Below, one piece after another: positions 17,793-26,512 of a stretch of 64,000 nt of DNA. Position 1 is the first letter of the stretch; each line of letters starts with the position of its first letter. The position numbers and the translations under genes were made by a program. The notes below the pieces were generated by a model that was not told the origin of the DNA, ran no database searches, and was given only the letters and a program-made list of their open reading frames with translations. The stretch is from sequence record NC_041974.1, one strand, 5' to 3'.

Positions 17793-18092
17793 ATGCAAAA
17801 CAATGACGATGTGGTGCCGATGCACTATAACCACAACGTGGACATGAATAACCCGCTCGACGTGGATGAAGAGGCGTTAAAGGTTCGCTTCGCCGCGCGC
17901 CTGTGCAGCTTCCTTGATCTTGCCGAGCAACTGAATAAGGATGACTTAACCCAAAACGATATCAGTCAGTTCACCGTCGGTATCGTAAACTTAGTGTGTG
18001 ACTCAATGGGCAGTAGTCCCAAACGAGACCTTTACAGGAGACAGATGGTTGACAAACTTGAACCTGTTCTGTCGAGGCATCTGATTAAATAG
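17793..18092 (+). CDS. Hypothetical protein
   Basis: 99 aa; RBS GGAG at 17781-17784. Confidence 0.65.
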   Translation: MQNNDDVVPMHYNHNVDMNNPLDVDEEALKVRFAARLCSFLDLAEQLNKDDLTQNDISQFTVGIVNLVCDSMGSSPKRDLYRRQMVDKLEPVLSRHLIK

Positions 18093-18136
18093 TCGGAGGC
18101 GTGACGGAACGCGACTACATTGCAGTATAAAAGGAT

Positions 18137-18919
18137 ATGGCTATGACGTTCGAAAAAGAAGGGGACACGTTGCACATTGTGCGACTGAGAACCAAAGGCT
18201 GGTACCACATGACGGTAACCAGCGATCCTGATGCGAGTATGGATATCGTTAACACGAACTTACGTCAGGGCACTTTTACTGATCCACTTTTACAACACCA
18301 GTACGACATCTGTAAAAAAGAGATGGGGCAAGATCCCAATCCAAATGACATCGTTTTCCACCAGTTCGTGACCACGCCAGACCAGACCGGATATCAGTCT
18401 GGCCACTGGATGATTCGTGATCACATTCGCCACGGCTATTCACTGAAGTGCCTGACTAACATCGGTGACTGGCTTTCGACCGCAGCCTATCTTTATATCC
18501 CAGACCCTGATGATAAAGAGGGTGGTGAGAGAAAATACAAAGTAACTGACTTAGGCAAGTATCTCGACAAGGAAGAGTTGTTGGGTCACTCCGACCACCT
18601 GCCGATGTATTTCTTGCCTGATGAGGAACCGGGTGACAGCTATGATGAGTTGATTGAAACCCATCGTCTTCCGCAACCTGACAAAGGTTACTCTTGTGTG
18701 GCCATCAAGAACGGTATGTCGTTTAGTTTGCTGACGTACAACAACTCCAAGCGGGTGCTTTCAGAAGAGGAAGAACTGCAAACCACAACCGTCCCAGTCA
18801 GGGCAGATGGTTTGCTGTACAGCTCCGTCTTAGAGTTGGCTATGGCTAAGAACGCCCCAGTCTGGTTTGTCTTGGAGATGCTAACCTCCGAAACCGACCC
18901 AAACTGGCATTTCGTCTAA
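18137..18919 (+). CDS. Degenerate GIY-YIG-like/NUMOD1-like protein (paralogue of 13875..14591)
   Basis: NLRQGTFTDPLLQHQYD; TNIGDWL; VTDLGKYL; PVRADGLLYSSVLE...NWHFV. Confidence 0.55.
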   Translation: MAMTFEKEGDTLHIVRLRTKGWYHMTVTSDPDASMDIVNTNLRQGTFTDPLLQHQYDICKKEMGQDPNPNDIVFHQFVTTPDQTGYQSGHWMIRDHIRHGYSLKCLTNIGDWLSTAAYLYIPDPDDKEGGERKYKVTDLGKYLDKEELLGHSDHLPMYFLPDEEPGDSYDELIETHRLPQPDKGYSCVAIKNGMSFSLLTYNNSKRVLSEEEELQTTTVPVRADGLLYSSVLELAMAKNAPVWFVLEMLTSETDPNWHFV

Positions 18920-19007
18920 CCGAGATTGGCTGTGGGGAATCCTATGCAATTGCAAAGTGTAGAGAGAACCACGGCCAATCGTAAGCTGTATCATAAGGAG
19001 AGAGATT

Positions 19008-20588
19008 GTGAGTGAAGCTAACCAGAACATCGTAGAAAGCTACGACGACCTGCCGAAGAACGCGCAGAAAGGTGATCGCTATACCGTGCGTGAAGACGCG
19101 ATCGTTTACGAACTCCAGGAAGATGGTTCTTGGAAAGACGTAGACATCAACGAACAGGTTGATCAGGAAAACGAAGAGCAGGCGCAGACCGAAGATGGTC
19201 AGCAGTCTGACACCGGCGCAACTGATCAACCTGCCTCTGATGAAGAGGGCGATGCTGATTCGTCTAAAACTGCAGCTACCGATGAAGAAGACCAGGTAGA
19301 TGACAACGGCGATGACAAGCAGACTCCGGCTGAAGAGAAGCAGGAAGAAGCAGCGCAGGCGGTTGATGAAACCCAACCACGTGATGACCCTTACGTACGA
19401 GGAGCGAACAGCGATGCCAATCCGGCACAACCTGAAGATGCGAATCAAACGCAAGATCAGACTGACGAAGCAGGACAAACTCCTGATTCTTCTGACGATA
19501 CCAACGCGCAGCAGGAAAGCACTGATGGCGTTGCGACGCAGGATGCGAAAGAGCAGGCTAACATCCCGGAAGGGGTAGATCCTGAAGAAGCGCAACCTGA
19601 CAACCAGCCACTGGCAGTAGCACCGGTTGAGCAGCCCCCTGTCCAGCACGAAGCGGTCGCGGTTGATCCTAACGCTGACCAGCCATCACCTGAAGCGCGT
19701 CCAGACAGCAAGATCGAAGAAGCAGCTGAACTGAACGCACAGAAAGAAGATGCGGCTCGTGATGAGATCGCTGAAGCCGGTGCCGATGCGCAAGCTGCGA
19801 CCTCTGCTGAGCAGACTGACGCTGGCAAAGCCAAAGAAGACGCACAGGCTGAAGGCCAGTTGCCGAACGATGGTGCTGCTGATGATGTTGCAGCCGGTAA
19901 ACCACGTAATGACCAGACCTACACCGAAGATCAGAAAGCAGCGAACACGCCAGCTCCTGAAATCGTGCAGGCTCAGGAAAACCATACGTCAGAGCCCGAT
20001 CCGGTAGTCAGCCAGGAAGAGACCCATGTGCAGAACGCCACGGACCCTGACCAGCCGACTATTATCCCGCAGGAAGCGAAGTCTGAATCACTGGCGCATC
20101 AAGCGGCTGATCCAACGCAGGAAACTGTGTTTGTTAAGCAGGATGAAAACCTGGACCCGGAAGTGCGCGTGCTGCAACAGCGCATTGAAGAGTACATCGG
20201 CAACATGGGTGTGAACGGTAAGCACGATCGCCGTGACGGTCCGAAGTATCAGGCTCGCCTGTACAAAGACCTGCACTCCATCATGGCGCTGGAGCCAGTG
20301 AAGTTCAAGCAAGTGATGGACTACCTGCTGAACCGTGTGTATGAAGAACGTGCCGGTGCTTTCTCCGACACCTATACACGCCGTTACTTTGATCAGCTGT
20401 CACCGATGCACATGCAGACCGATCGCGTGCGTGAGTTTGACAACATCCTGTCGCTGGTAACCACTGTGGGTCATTCCAAAAACCGCAGTCGTGCCCTGCA
20501 GCAGGTTGATCTGCAACGCGCCCTGAAGAACATTCAGGATGCCGGTAAGCAGCAGCGTATGGCGGCGTACTTTGATGCTCTGCGTTAA
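19008..20588 (+). CDS. Acidic low-complexity protein with conserved helical C-terminal domain (phiKZ gp81-like by synteny)
   Basis: 526 aa, GTG start with AAGGAG; D/E/Q/A/P-rich middle; strongly biased codons. Confidence 0.8.
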   Translation: MSEANQNIVESYDDLPKNAQKGDRYTVREDAIVYELQEDGSWKDVDINEQVDQENEEQAQTEDGQQSDTGATDQPASDEEGDADSSKTAATDEEDQVDDNGDDKQTPAEEKQEEAAQAVDETQPRDDPYVRGANSDANPAQPEDANQTQDQTDEAGQTPDSSDDTNAQQESTDGVATQDAKEQANIPEGVDPEEAQPDNQPLAVAPVEQPPVQHEAVAVDPNADQPSPEARPDSKIEEAAELNAQKEDAARDEIAEAGADAQAATSAEQTDAGKAKEDAQAEGQLPNDGAADDVAAGKPRNDQTYTEDQKAANTPAPEIVQAQENHTSEPDPVVSQEETHVQNATDPDQPTIIPQEAKSESLAHQAADPTQETVFVKQDENLDPEVRVLQQRIEEYIGNMGVNGKHDRRDGPKYQARLYKDLHSIMALEPVKFKQVMDYLLNRVYEERAGAFSDTYTRRYFDQLSPMHMQTDRVREFDNILSLVTTVGHSKNRSRALQQVDLQRALKNIQDAGKQQRMAAYFDALR

Positions 20589-20603
20589 TTGATCATTTGA
20601 TCA

Positions 20604-20653
20604 GCATAAGGAGAGGCCTCGCGCCTCTCCTGTTTATGCCGTCTTTTTTTTTT
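20604..20653. terminator. Bidirectional terminator with GCATAA/TTATGCCG flanks
   Basis: GCATA-AGGAGAGGC-ctcgc-GCCTCTCCT-gt-TTATGCCG then T10. Confidence 0.8.
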
Positions 20654-21155
20654 ACACTAAAATACCGTTAAAAGCCACCGGGTCATTACCCAGGAACGGG
20701 TTGTACCGAACCACAGACCCTAATGTGTAATCGTAGTAGATAAAGTCCAAGCATTGCGCACCCTGATAAGTAGTCCATGACTTTGATAGATAGCCATTGC
20801 GGTCTAACGCAACGTAAGCTGGCCGACTCGATAACGGGGTAAACTTCATCAACACTTGTGGCTGGTTGTTGAGGTTGTTTGTAAATACAGGCAGGGAAGG
20901 ATGCGCGTGCCTTGCAATGGAGCACAACCAAGAGTCGTAGGTAAACCACTCTTTATACGACGTGCCGTACATGTTGTTGGATGTGTTCAATGTAGTATTA
21001 ACATATTTACCGGCAGTAGCAGACATGCTGGTACTCGCGTTCGCTACCTTCGTATATTTGGCGGCATTGGCCGCAAGCCACGCCTCGAATTGTGCATAGG
21101 TCATCTTAGTACCTATCTGTGGCTGTGACTTACTGCCCATTAACATCTCTAACAT
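20652..21155 (-). CDS. Small putative virion/fibre-associated protein, 'MLE(L/M)LM' family; tandem paralogue of 21168..21677
   Basis: Shared motifs NM(Y/W)GT, IARHA, RNGY, LDFIYYD, FNG(I/V)L. Confidence 0.7.
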   Translation of the reverse strand: MLEMLMGSKSQPQIGTKMTYAQFEAWLAANAAKYTKVANASTSMSATAGKYVNTTLNTSNNMYGTSYKEWFTYDSWLCSIARHAHPSLPVFTNNLNNQPQVLMKFTPLSSRPAYVALDRNGYLSKSWTTYQGAQCLDFIYYDYTLGSVVRYNPFLGNDPVAFNGILV

Positions 21156-21167
21156 GGTAACTCCTGA

Positions 21168-21677
21168 TTAGATCAACACCCCGTTAAACGGTACCGGTGT
21201 GCCGCCATTTAACGGAGTCCACCGCATCACAACACCCTGGGTATTGTCGTAGTAAATAAAGTCAAGCACAGTACGACCGTTAAATGATCCGTAAGACAAG
21301 CTGGTGTAACCGTTACGATTGAGGCCTGAATAGGCACTTTTGGTAACATAAGGTCCAAGCTTCATTAAACAAAACTGTTTATTCGCCAACATGTAATCAA
21401 ACATCGTTTGTGCCGGACACGCATGTCGTGCGATCCTTGCCCAAGTTGAATCGTGAGTACAGGAGTTTAAATAGGGAGTACCCCACATGTTACCGCCATC
21501 AGCCGTCATGGAGATCCTGGCATAGCCGTTCGTAAACGTGGTGGACGAAGGGGTGCCTGTATTCGACGCTGCACTGACCGCACTGTACTTAGTGGTATTG
21601 GTATTTAACCAAGTAACAAAATCCGCATAGCTCATCTTTACAGTTTTCTTGCCAGCGTACATTAATAACTCGAGCAT
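21168..21677 (-). CDS. Small putative virion/fibre-associated protein, 'MLELLM' family
   Basis: Paralogue of 20652..21155; RBS GAGGTGGAG. Confidence 0.7.
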   Translation of the reverse strand: MLELLMYAGKKTVKMSYADFVTWLNTNTTKYSAVSAASNTGTPSSTTFTNGYARISMTADGGNMWGTPYLNSCTHDSTWARIARHACPAQTMFDYMLANKQFCLMKLGPYVTKSAYSGLNRNGYTSLSYGSFNGRTVLDFIYYDNTQGVVMRWTPLNGGTPVPFNGVLI

Positions 21678-21748
21678 AACTCCACCTCAAAATAAAATCC
21701 CGTTAGCAAGGGTTCTGGTTCTCTAATACATGACTTATAGGATTTAGC

Positions 21749-21778
21749 CGGCATAACGGAGCAGGCAACGCCTACTCC
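21749..21778 (-). terminator. Minus-strand hairpin followed by TTATGCCG
   Basis: CGGCATAA-c-GGAGCAGGC-aac-GCCTACTCC on + strand. Confidence 0.65.
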
Positions 21779-21818
21779 TGAATCCTGGTGTGAATAACGG
21801 TTGGTCGATTGGGGTATT

Positions 21819-22796
21819 TTAACCCGCTGTAGTTTGATCTGGGTAACCTCGACCTGTCCCCCAGACAATACGAACAATACCATCAGCACCACTACCTAAC
21901 AAACTGGTGCCGTCACTCTTGTACTGACTTGCCCCGCCGCCTCCTGCACCCCCGCCTGGAATCGCGGTAGGTATCCCCGCCCCTGATCCTGGCATATCCT
22001 TGATACGTCCTGTCGATTTAATTCCCCCACCACCTCGACCAGTATAGATCTTGGTAGTGCCTTGGGTCGTCAGGGTAACATTCCCACCATAACCCGCTCC
22101 CGTATCCGCAGGGTTAGTGGGGGTTGCGCCATAAGCACATCCTGCGCCGCCATCGCCCATGTAACCGCCTGCACCGCCACCGCCGACCGCACGTGTCGTT
22201 AATGACCCGGTGCCACCCTTTCCACCTGTACCACCCCCAACAATAGGTTTGGTAGCAGGGTTCTGGATAGGGTTGTTCGCGATCCCGGCTAACACACCGC
22301 CGACGACATTTAACAGCCCGCCGACCAAACCGCCTACTAATCCCCCTACTATATCCACCAATACCAGATCCAGGAGATTACCGGAAAGTCCATTCGACTG
22401 CGGCATGACGGTAACTGCCGTGTTACCGGATGCGTCCTCCCCGCCACCCACTGCTTTTAACAGATAGGTGCCATTACGCGCTATCCCGGAGAAAGACCCT
22501 TTATTCGCCGTGAAGGCGGTTTTAACGGGTGTTGGTGTACCAATCCCACCTTGCCCTACCACAACCGTCATCTTCTCACCAGGAGTCACAGGGATCGCAT
22601 TACGATAACGTAACGTCCCGCCATTCCCGCCGGTGTGTACAAGGGTAGTGCTACTGGCTGATTGCCCACCCCCTACTGCGACGGCACTCATGCTCGTTGC
22701 CCCTTCTGGCACAATCAGTTCGTACACCCCCGCCTTTGTGAAGAGCGTCTCTAGGGGTAACTTAATGTGTGTCTTGTTTAACAATAACCCAATCAT
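21819..22796 (-). CDS. Glycine-rich tail fibre-like/virion protein
   Basis: VPEGATSMSAVAVGGG...GGGGAGGY...GADGIVRIVWG: glycine-rich domain typical of phage fibre tips. Confidence 0.7.
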   Translation of the reverse strand: MIGLLLNKTHIKLPLETLFTKAGVYELIVPEGATSMSAVAVGGGQSASSTTLVHTGGNGGTLRYRNAIPVTPGEKMTVVVGQGGIGTPTPVKTAFTANKGSFSGIARNGTYLLKAVGGGEDASGNTAVTVMPQSNGLSGNLLDLVLVDIVGGLVGGLVGGLLNVVGGVLAGIANNPIQNPATKPIVGGGTGGKGGTGSLTTRAVGGGGAGGYMGDGGAGCAYGATPTNPADTGAGYGGNVTLTTQGTTKIYTGRGGGGIKSTGRIKDMPGSGAGIPTAIPGGGAGGGGASQYKSDGTSLLGSGADGIVRIVWGTGRGYPDQTTAG

Positions 22797-22853
22797 GCAT
22801 CATCCTTCTAGAATGAGTACCTTGACGACCTACTCGCGTCATAGCATTCCAGC

Positions 22854-22897
22854 CGGCATAAGGGAGTGGATACCCTGACCGTAGCCAAGGTATCCAC
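22854..22897 (-). terminator. Minus-strand hairpin plus TTATGCCG after DNA polymerase gene
   Basis: CGGCATAA...GTGGATACC-(14 nt)-GGTATCCAC. Confidence 0.6.
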
Positions 22898-22905
22898 GTG
22901 GTGCG

Positions 22906-24627
22906 TCAAGCCGCAGCCATGAAATCGATCTCGATGTGTTTTTCTACCATAAAGTCTTTCAGTAACGTAATGGTCTCAGGTGCTTTGTACAACTTACGTG
23001 CAAGTTCACCGGCATTGTTCATACCACCGGCTGCCAGGTTTACTGCTACCTGACGATACTCCGTATCATCCAATCCTTCGATCTGGGTCATCTCAATCCA
23101 GGTGGTTTGTTTCCCCACATTCATGATGACCGTACCGGTCGGGTATGCTCCTTCTACGTCGATGTCGTTCGTACCTGTTCGCACATAGGACTTGACATTC
23201 GGCAGTTCTTTAAACATCGCTTTGCCGTTTAAAGCAACCAGCTCTGTTGGCAGCATGACGATCCAGCCACCCAGCCCCTGAATGTGATCATCCAGTTCGG
23301 TACGCATCTGATCTGATGTAGTACCCCAGATATACCCTTCTTTCATTACATCGTAATGCATCGCCTCAGCGATACGTGTCGGCTGCGATATAAAGTTACG
23401 GTAGTCTGACACCCCGCAGAACGTTGGAACCGCTACAGAGAGATCTGAGGTCTTCTCGTCCATCATTTCAACCACGATGCAGTCGAAGATGTTATACATC
23501 ACATATTCGTACTTGTAGTTGCTCTGCATGAACTCATGCCAGTCTGCCCCGTGGTACCCTTCAGCTTCACTGAACTTCATCTTGGTCACACCGAGTACTT
23601 TCTCAGCGATGTTATCCAGTTTGTAGTTCAGCTCTTTACCGTTCATGGTACGCAGGTAGTAATAGGCTGACATCGATTCAGCCCAACGGAACGACGCAGG
23701 GGCATTGACGTAAGGCCACTTCTCATAGTTAGCTAATGATGTCTTGGTGACTTCTTTGCCATCATTTTTTACTTTGTGGGTTTTGCCCTCGTAGTAATAA
23801 ACGTTACGGTACTCTTGGGGTACCGAGGGATCGCAAATAACGTCAGCAGGGTTGATGCCGGCATTAGTTAATGTTTGGGTGAGAACCTTGTAGTCGAACT
23901 CGAGCACGTTCCAGCCAGTGATGAAATCGGGCATCCACTCATGGGCGCGTTCAAACAGTTTGACAAAGCCATCTGCAGCACTGTCAACCAACACGAACTC
24001 TGGGTTGGTGATGCTGCGTTTGGTTGCCCACTCGCCCAGGTATTTATCCCAGGCCAGTTTCAGCTTCTGATGAATACGTTCATCCGCTTCCCCGCCAAAG
24101 TAGCGACGGATCACAAAGGTAAAGGTGCGTTCTTTAAAGGTTAAGGATGCCATGATCGGCTCACCCTTATACCGCTCGTCTACCATTTCGGTTTCGATAT
24201 CGAACACACTGATTTTGTACGGAGTAAAGGTATCAGGAAACTTCGCTTCGTACATCGCTTTGACAATCGAGGAGGGTTCGATGTCAGCGCCATACACGTA
24301 CGGACTGCGACATACCCGACGCAGTTGCTGATCGGTGGCACCTTTTCCCAACATCTTTGAGATGTGGTTAGGAAGATCCCACTGCGGGCAACTGAACTTC
24401 TGCAGCTTGGACAGCTCTTCGTAATCTTTCTTATCCTGGTGATTGCGGTACGCCGGTTTGGTGAGGTAGTAATCACGCTTCATGTCTTTGATGATGCGGG
24501 TGTGGGGTTTGCTGTTCCCGTTCTCGTCAATCACATTCTCTTTCACGAAGATGATGTCTGATTTGCCGCGCAGAGAAAGGGTATAGATCGCGTGCTTGCA
24601 TTCGAAACGAAGGTTATTGCTGCTCAT
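22906..24627 (-). CDS. Family B DNA polymerase, exonuclease + motif A subunit of split polymerase (phiKZ gp82-like)
   Basis: ExoI VFDIETEM, ExoII TGWNVLEFDY, YKLDNIAEKVLG, ExoIII YNIFDC, motif A DIDVEGAYPT; no motif B/C in this ORF. Confidence 0.9.
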   Translation of the reverse strand: MSSNNLRFECKHAIYTLSLRGKSDIIFVKENVIDENGNSKPHTRIIKDMKRDYYLTKPAYRNHQDKKDYEELSKLQKFSCPQWDLPNHISKMLGKGATDQQLRRVCRSPYVYGADIEPSSIVKAMYEAKFPDTFTPYKISVFDIETEMVDERYKGEPIMASLTFKERTFTFVIRRYFGGEADERIHQKLKLAWDKYLGEWATKRSITNPEFVLVDSAADGFVKLFERAHEWMPDFITGWNVLEFDYKVLTQTLTNAGINPADVICDPSVPQEYRNVYYYEGKTHKVKNDGKEVTKTSLANYEKWPYVNAPASFRWAESMSAYYYLRTMNGKELNYKLDNIAEKVLGVTKMKFSEAEGYHGADWHEFMQSNYKYEYVMYNIFDCIVVEMMDEKTSDLSVAVPTFCGVSDYRNFISQPTRIAEAMHYDVMKEGYIWGTTSDQMRTELDDHIQGLGGWIVMLPTELVALNGKAMFKELPNVKSYVRTGTNDIDVEGAYPTGTVIMNVGKQTTWIEMTQIEGLDDTEYRQVAVNLAAGGMNNAGELARKLYKAPETITLLKDFMVEKHIEIDFMAAA

Positions 24628-24727
24628 GATGAATGATAATCCTATGTCAAAACACTACAAAGTGCACCAGTGTTTAATACGCGTTATAACATCAGGCGTG
24701 CAACTACATTTATACAAAGGAGATCAC

Positions 24728-25990
24728 ATGATCCTATCTAGCGGTCTGGAAGCGATTAGCTTTCAAAAGAATCCGCTCTTTTACAAACAGCTGGTTGTCG
24801 AATTCGGCCGTCTGATGGAACTTGCTAAAGCCAATGGTAAGAAGCGCTTGACCGAAGAGATGATGGCGCAGTCTAACCTGGCAAAAATCACCATGGCGAA
24901 CACCGGCATCAAAGTCTCGCCTGGGGTGGATACCCGCATGCAGTGTAATGCGTACGTTATGATTCCGAGCATCAACTCCTATCACGTCTTCAATGACCGC
25001 ATGCGTCAGATCTTCTCAGGGTATGCCGAATCGTTTGAGCAGTTTCGTAAAGCCAACGATGTGTTGATTGGGTTGGTTGATCTGCAGAACTCCAAAGTGG
25101 GCGGGGTCTTCTCGACTATTGATCACCGCATCTGTCTGTCGTACGATATGATGACCGACTATGACATGACCCCGGGTGAAGTCGCAGCCATTTACATGCA
25201 TGAAGTCGGCCATGCCTTTACCTTCCTGGAGATGCTGCATTATACCGCTACCACCAACCTGGTGCTGACCGCTGGCATTGAAGCGATCATCAAATCAGAA
25301 ACTTCTCGTAAGCATGTCATCTTAAGTGATATCGAAAACTCCTTAGGGATTAAGATCGATAATAAAGATGAACTGGTCGCTTACGACAAGTATGAAGATT
25401 ATGCTGTCACGATCCTGTCGAAGTACAACCGCACCTTAGCTGCGGCCCTGGGTTCACCGGCACACGATGAATCGATGTCTGAGCAGATGGCAGATATGTT
25501 TGCCACCCGACATGGCGCGGGATTGGATCTGGCGCGGGGATTGTCCCGTATTCACAAATATTACAATTCACCGAAGTTTAAGTTTGCCCGCTATCTGGAG
25601 ATCTTTGTCGGCATCCTGCAGACCATGGGCTTGTCCCTGGTGTTCGATGTGTTGGGAGTAATCGTTGTCCTGACTGTCGGTAACTTCTTTGGTGGGACGT
25701 ATGACCGGGCGAAAGACCGTTTCATCCGCATGCGTAACGAAATCGTGGTCGGCCTGAAAGATGAAGAGATCAGTGCAGCTGACCGCAAACTCTTGATCAG
25801 TCATATCGCCGAGCTGGACAAGATCATTGCCCAGGCCAAAAACGAAAGCTCCTTTGTCGAGCAGTTGTCTCTGGTGGTGCGCGCCAGCCAGCGTGAGCGT
25901 TATGCCAGCAAGTACCTGCAAAAGGATCTTGAAGCCCTTCTTAATAATCCGCTCTATGTCAGTGCGGCCAAACTGAAAACATTGCAATAA
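24728..25990 (+). CDS. Head/ejection protein with HExxH zinc-metalloprotease (M48-like) motif (phiKZ gp83/84-like)
   Basis: RBS AAGGAG before ATG 24728; SSGLE|A processing motif; AAIYMHEVGHAF; EQMADMFATRHG; hydrophobic segment near C-terminus. Confidence 0.75.
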   Translation: MILSSGLEAISFQKNPLFYKQLVVEFGRLMELAKANGKKRLTEEMMAQSNLAKITMANTGIKVSPGVDTRMQCNAYVMIPSINSYHVFNDRMRQIFSGYAESFEQFRKANDVLIGLVDLQNSKVGGVFSTIDHRICLSYDMMTDYDMTPGEVAAIYMHEVGHAFTFLEMLHYTATTNLVLTAGIEAIIKSETSRKHVILSDIENSLGIKIDNKDELVAYDKYEDYAVTILSKYNRTLAAALGSPAHDESMSEQMADMFATRHGAGLDLARGLSRIHKYYNSPKFKFARYLEIFVGILQTMGLSLVFDVLGVIVVLTVGNFFGGTYDRAKDRFIRMRNEIVVGLKDEEISAADRKLLISHIAELDKIIAQAKNESSFVEQLSLVVRASQRERYASKYLQKDLEALLNNPLYVSAAKLKTLQ

Positions 25991-26003
25991 GGATTCATCA
26001 GAA

Positions 26004-26510
26004 ATGATTATTGACGTAGCAGAATTAAAGAAACAGATCGTGTCGGTGCGTTCTATTGCAGAGATCCCAACTACCCTGCGTACTAAACTGATTGAAACCG
26101 GTCTGGCCCGTGCGGTAGCTTATGGTGTTGATCTGCCAAAAGAGCTGGTCGGCAACCCGGTCTCCTATTTCGCCAGCAACGCCACTGATGCTAAGCAGGC
26201 ACTGGCGGTGATCAACGAAACCAACGTGATCAACATCTCCCGTATCCTGTCACTCGCCACCATCATCTGGCAGGCACGCTACAACATGGTTTATCTGCCA
26301 GCCACTCGCGAGTCCATGGAGTTGACTCATCAGGTGTTGTCCGATCAACGCGAATGGTTGTTCGATGCAGAGCAGCAGGATTTCCTGTCGGCGACCATTG
26401 GTGACGGCACGGTGCAAGACAGCCTGAAGCTGGCTCTGTTAAACTTCACCTGCCCGGCTGTGATCAACCCTAACCAGGTAGCACCAGTCACCACCGCTGA
26501 CGAGGAGTAA
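26004..26510 (+). CDS. Virion head protein (phiKZ gp85-like by synteny)
   Basis: 168 aa in head operon, RBS AAGGA. Confidence 0.7.
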   Translation: MIIDVAELKKQIVSVRSIAEIPTTLRTKLIETGLARAVAYGVDLPKELVGNPVSYFASNATDAKQALAVINETNVINISRILSLATIIWQARYNMVYLPATRESMELTHQVLSDQREWLFDAEQQDFLSATIGDGTVQDSLKLALLNFTCPAVINPNQVAPVTTADEE

Positions 26511-26512
26511 TC

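Noticed and set aside
18942-19649. 235-aa hydrophobic antisense ORF
   Set aside because: Shadow of the acidic, codon-biased 19008 gene; no RBS
24596-24727. Head-to-head overlap of the DNA polymerase gene and the 464-aa ORF
   Set aside because: The real start is ATG 24728 with AAGGAG, which removes the overlap
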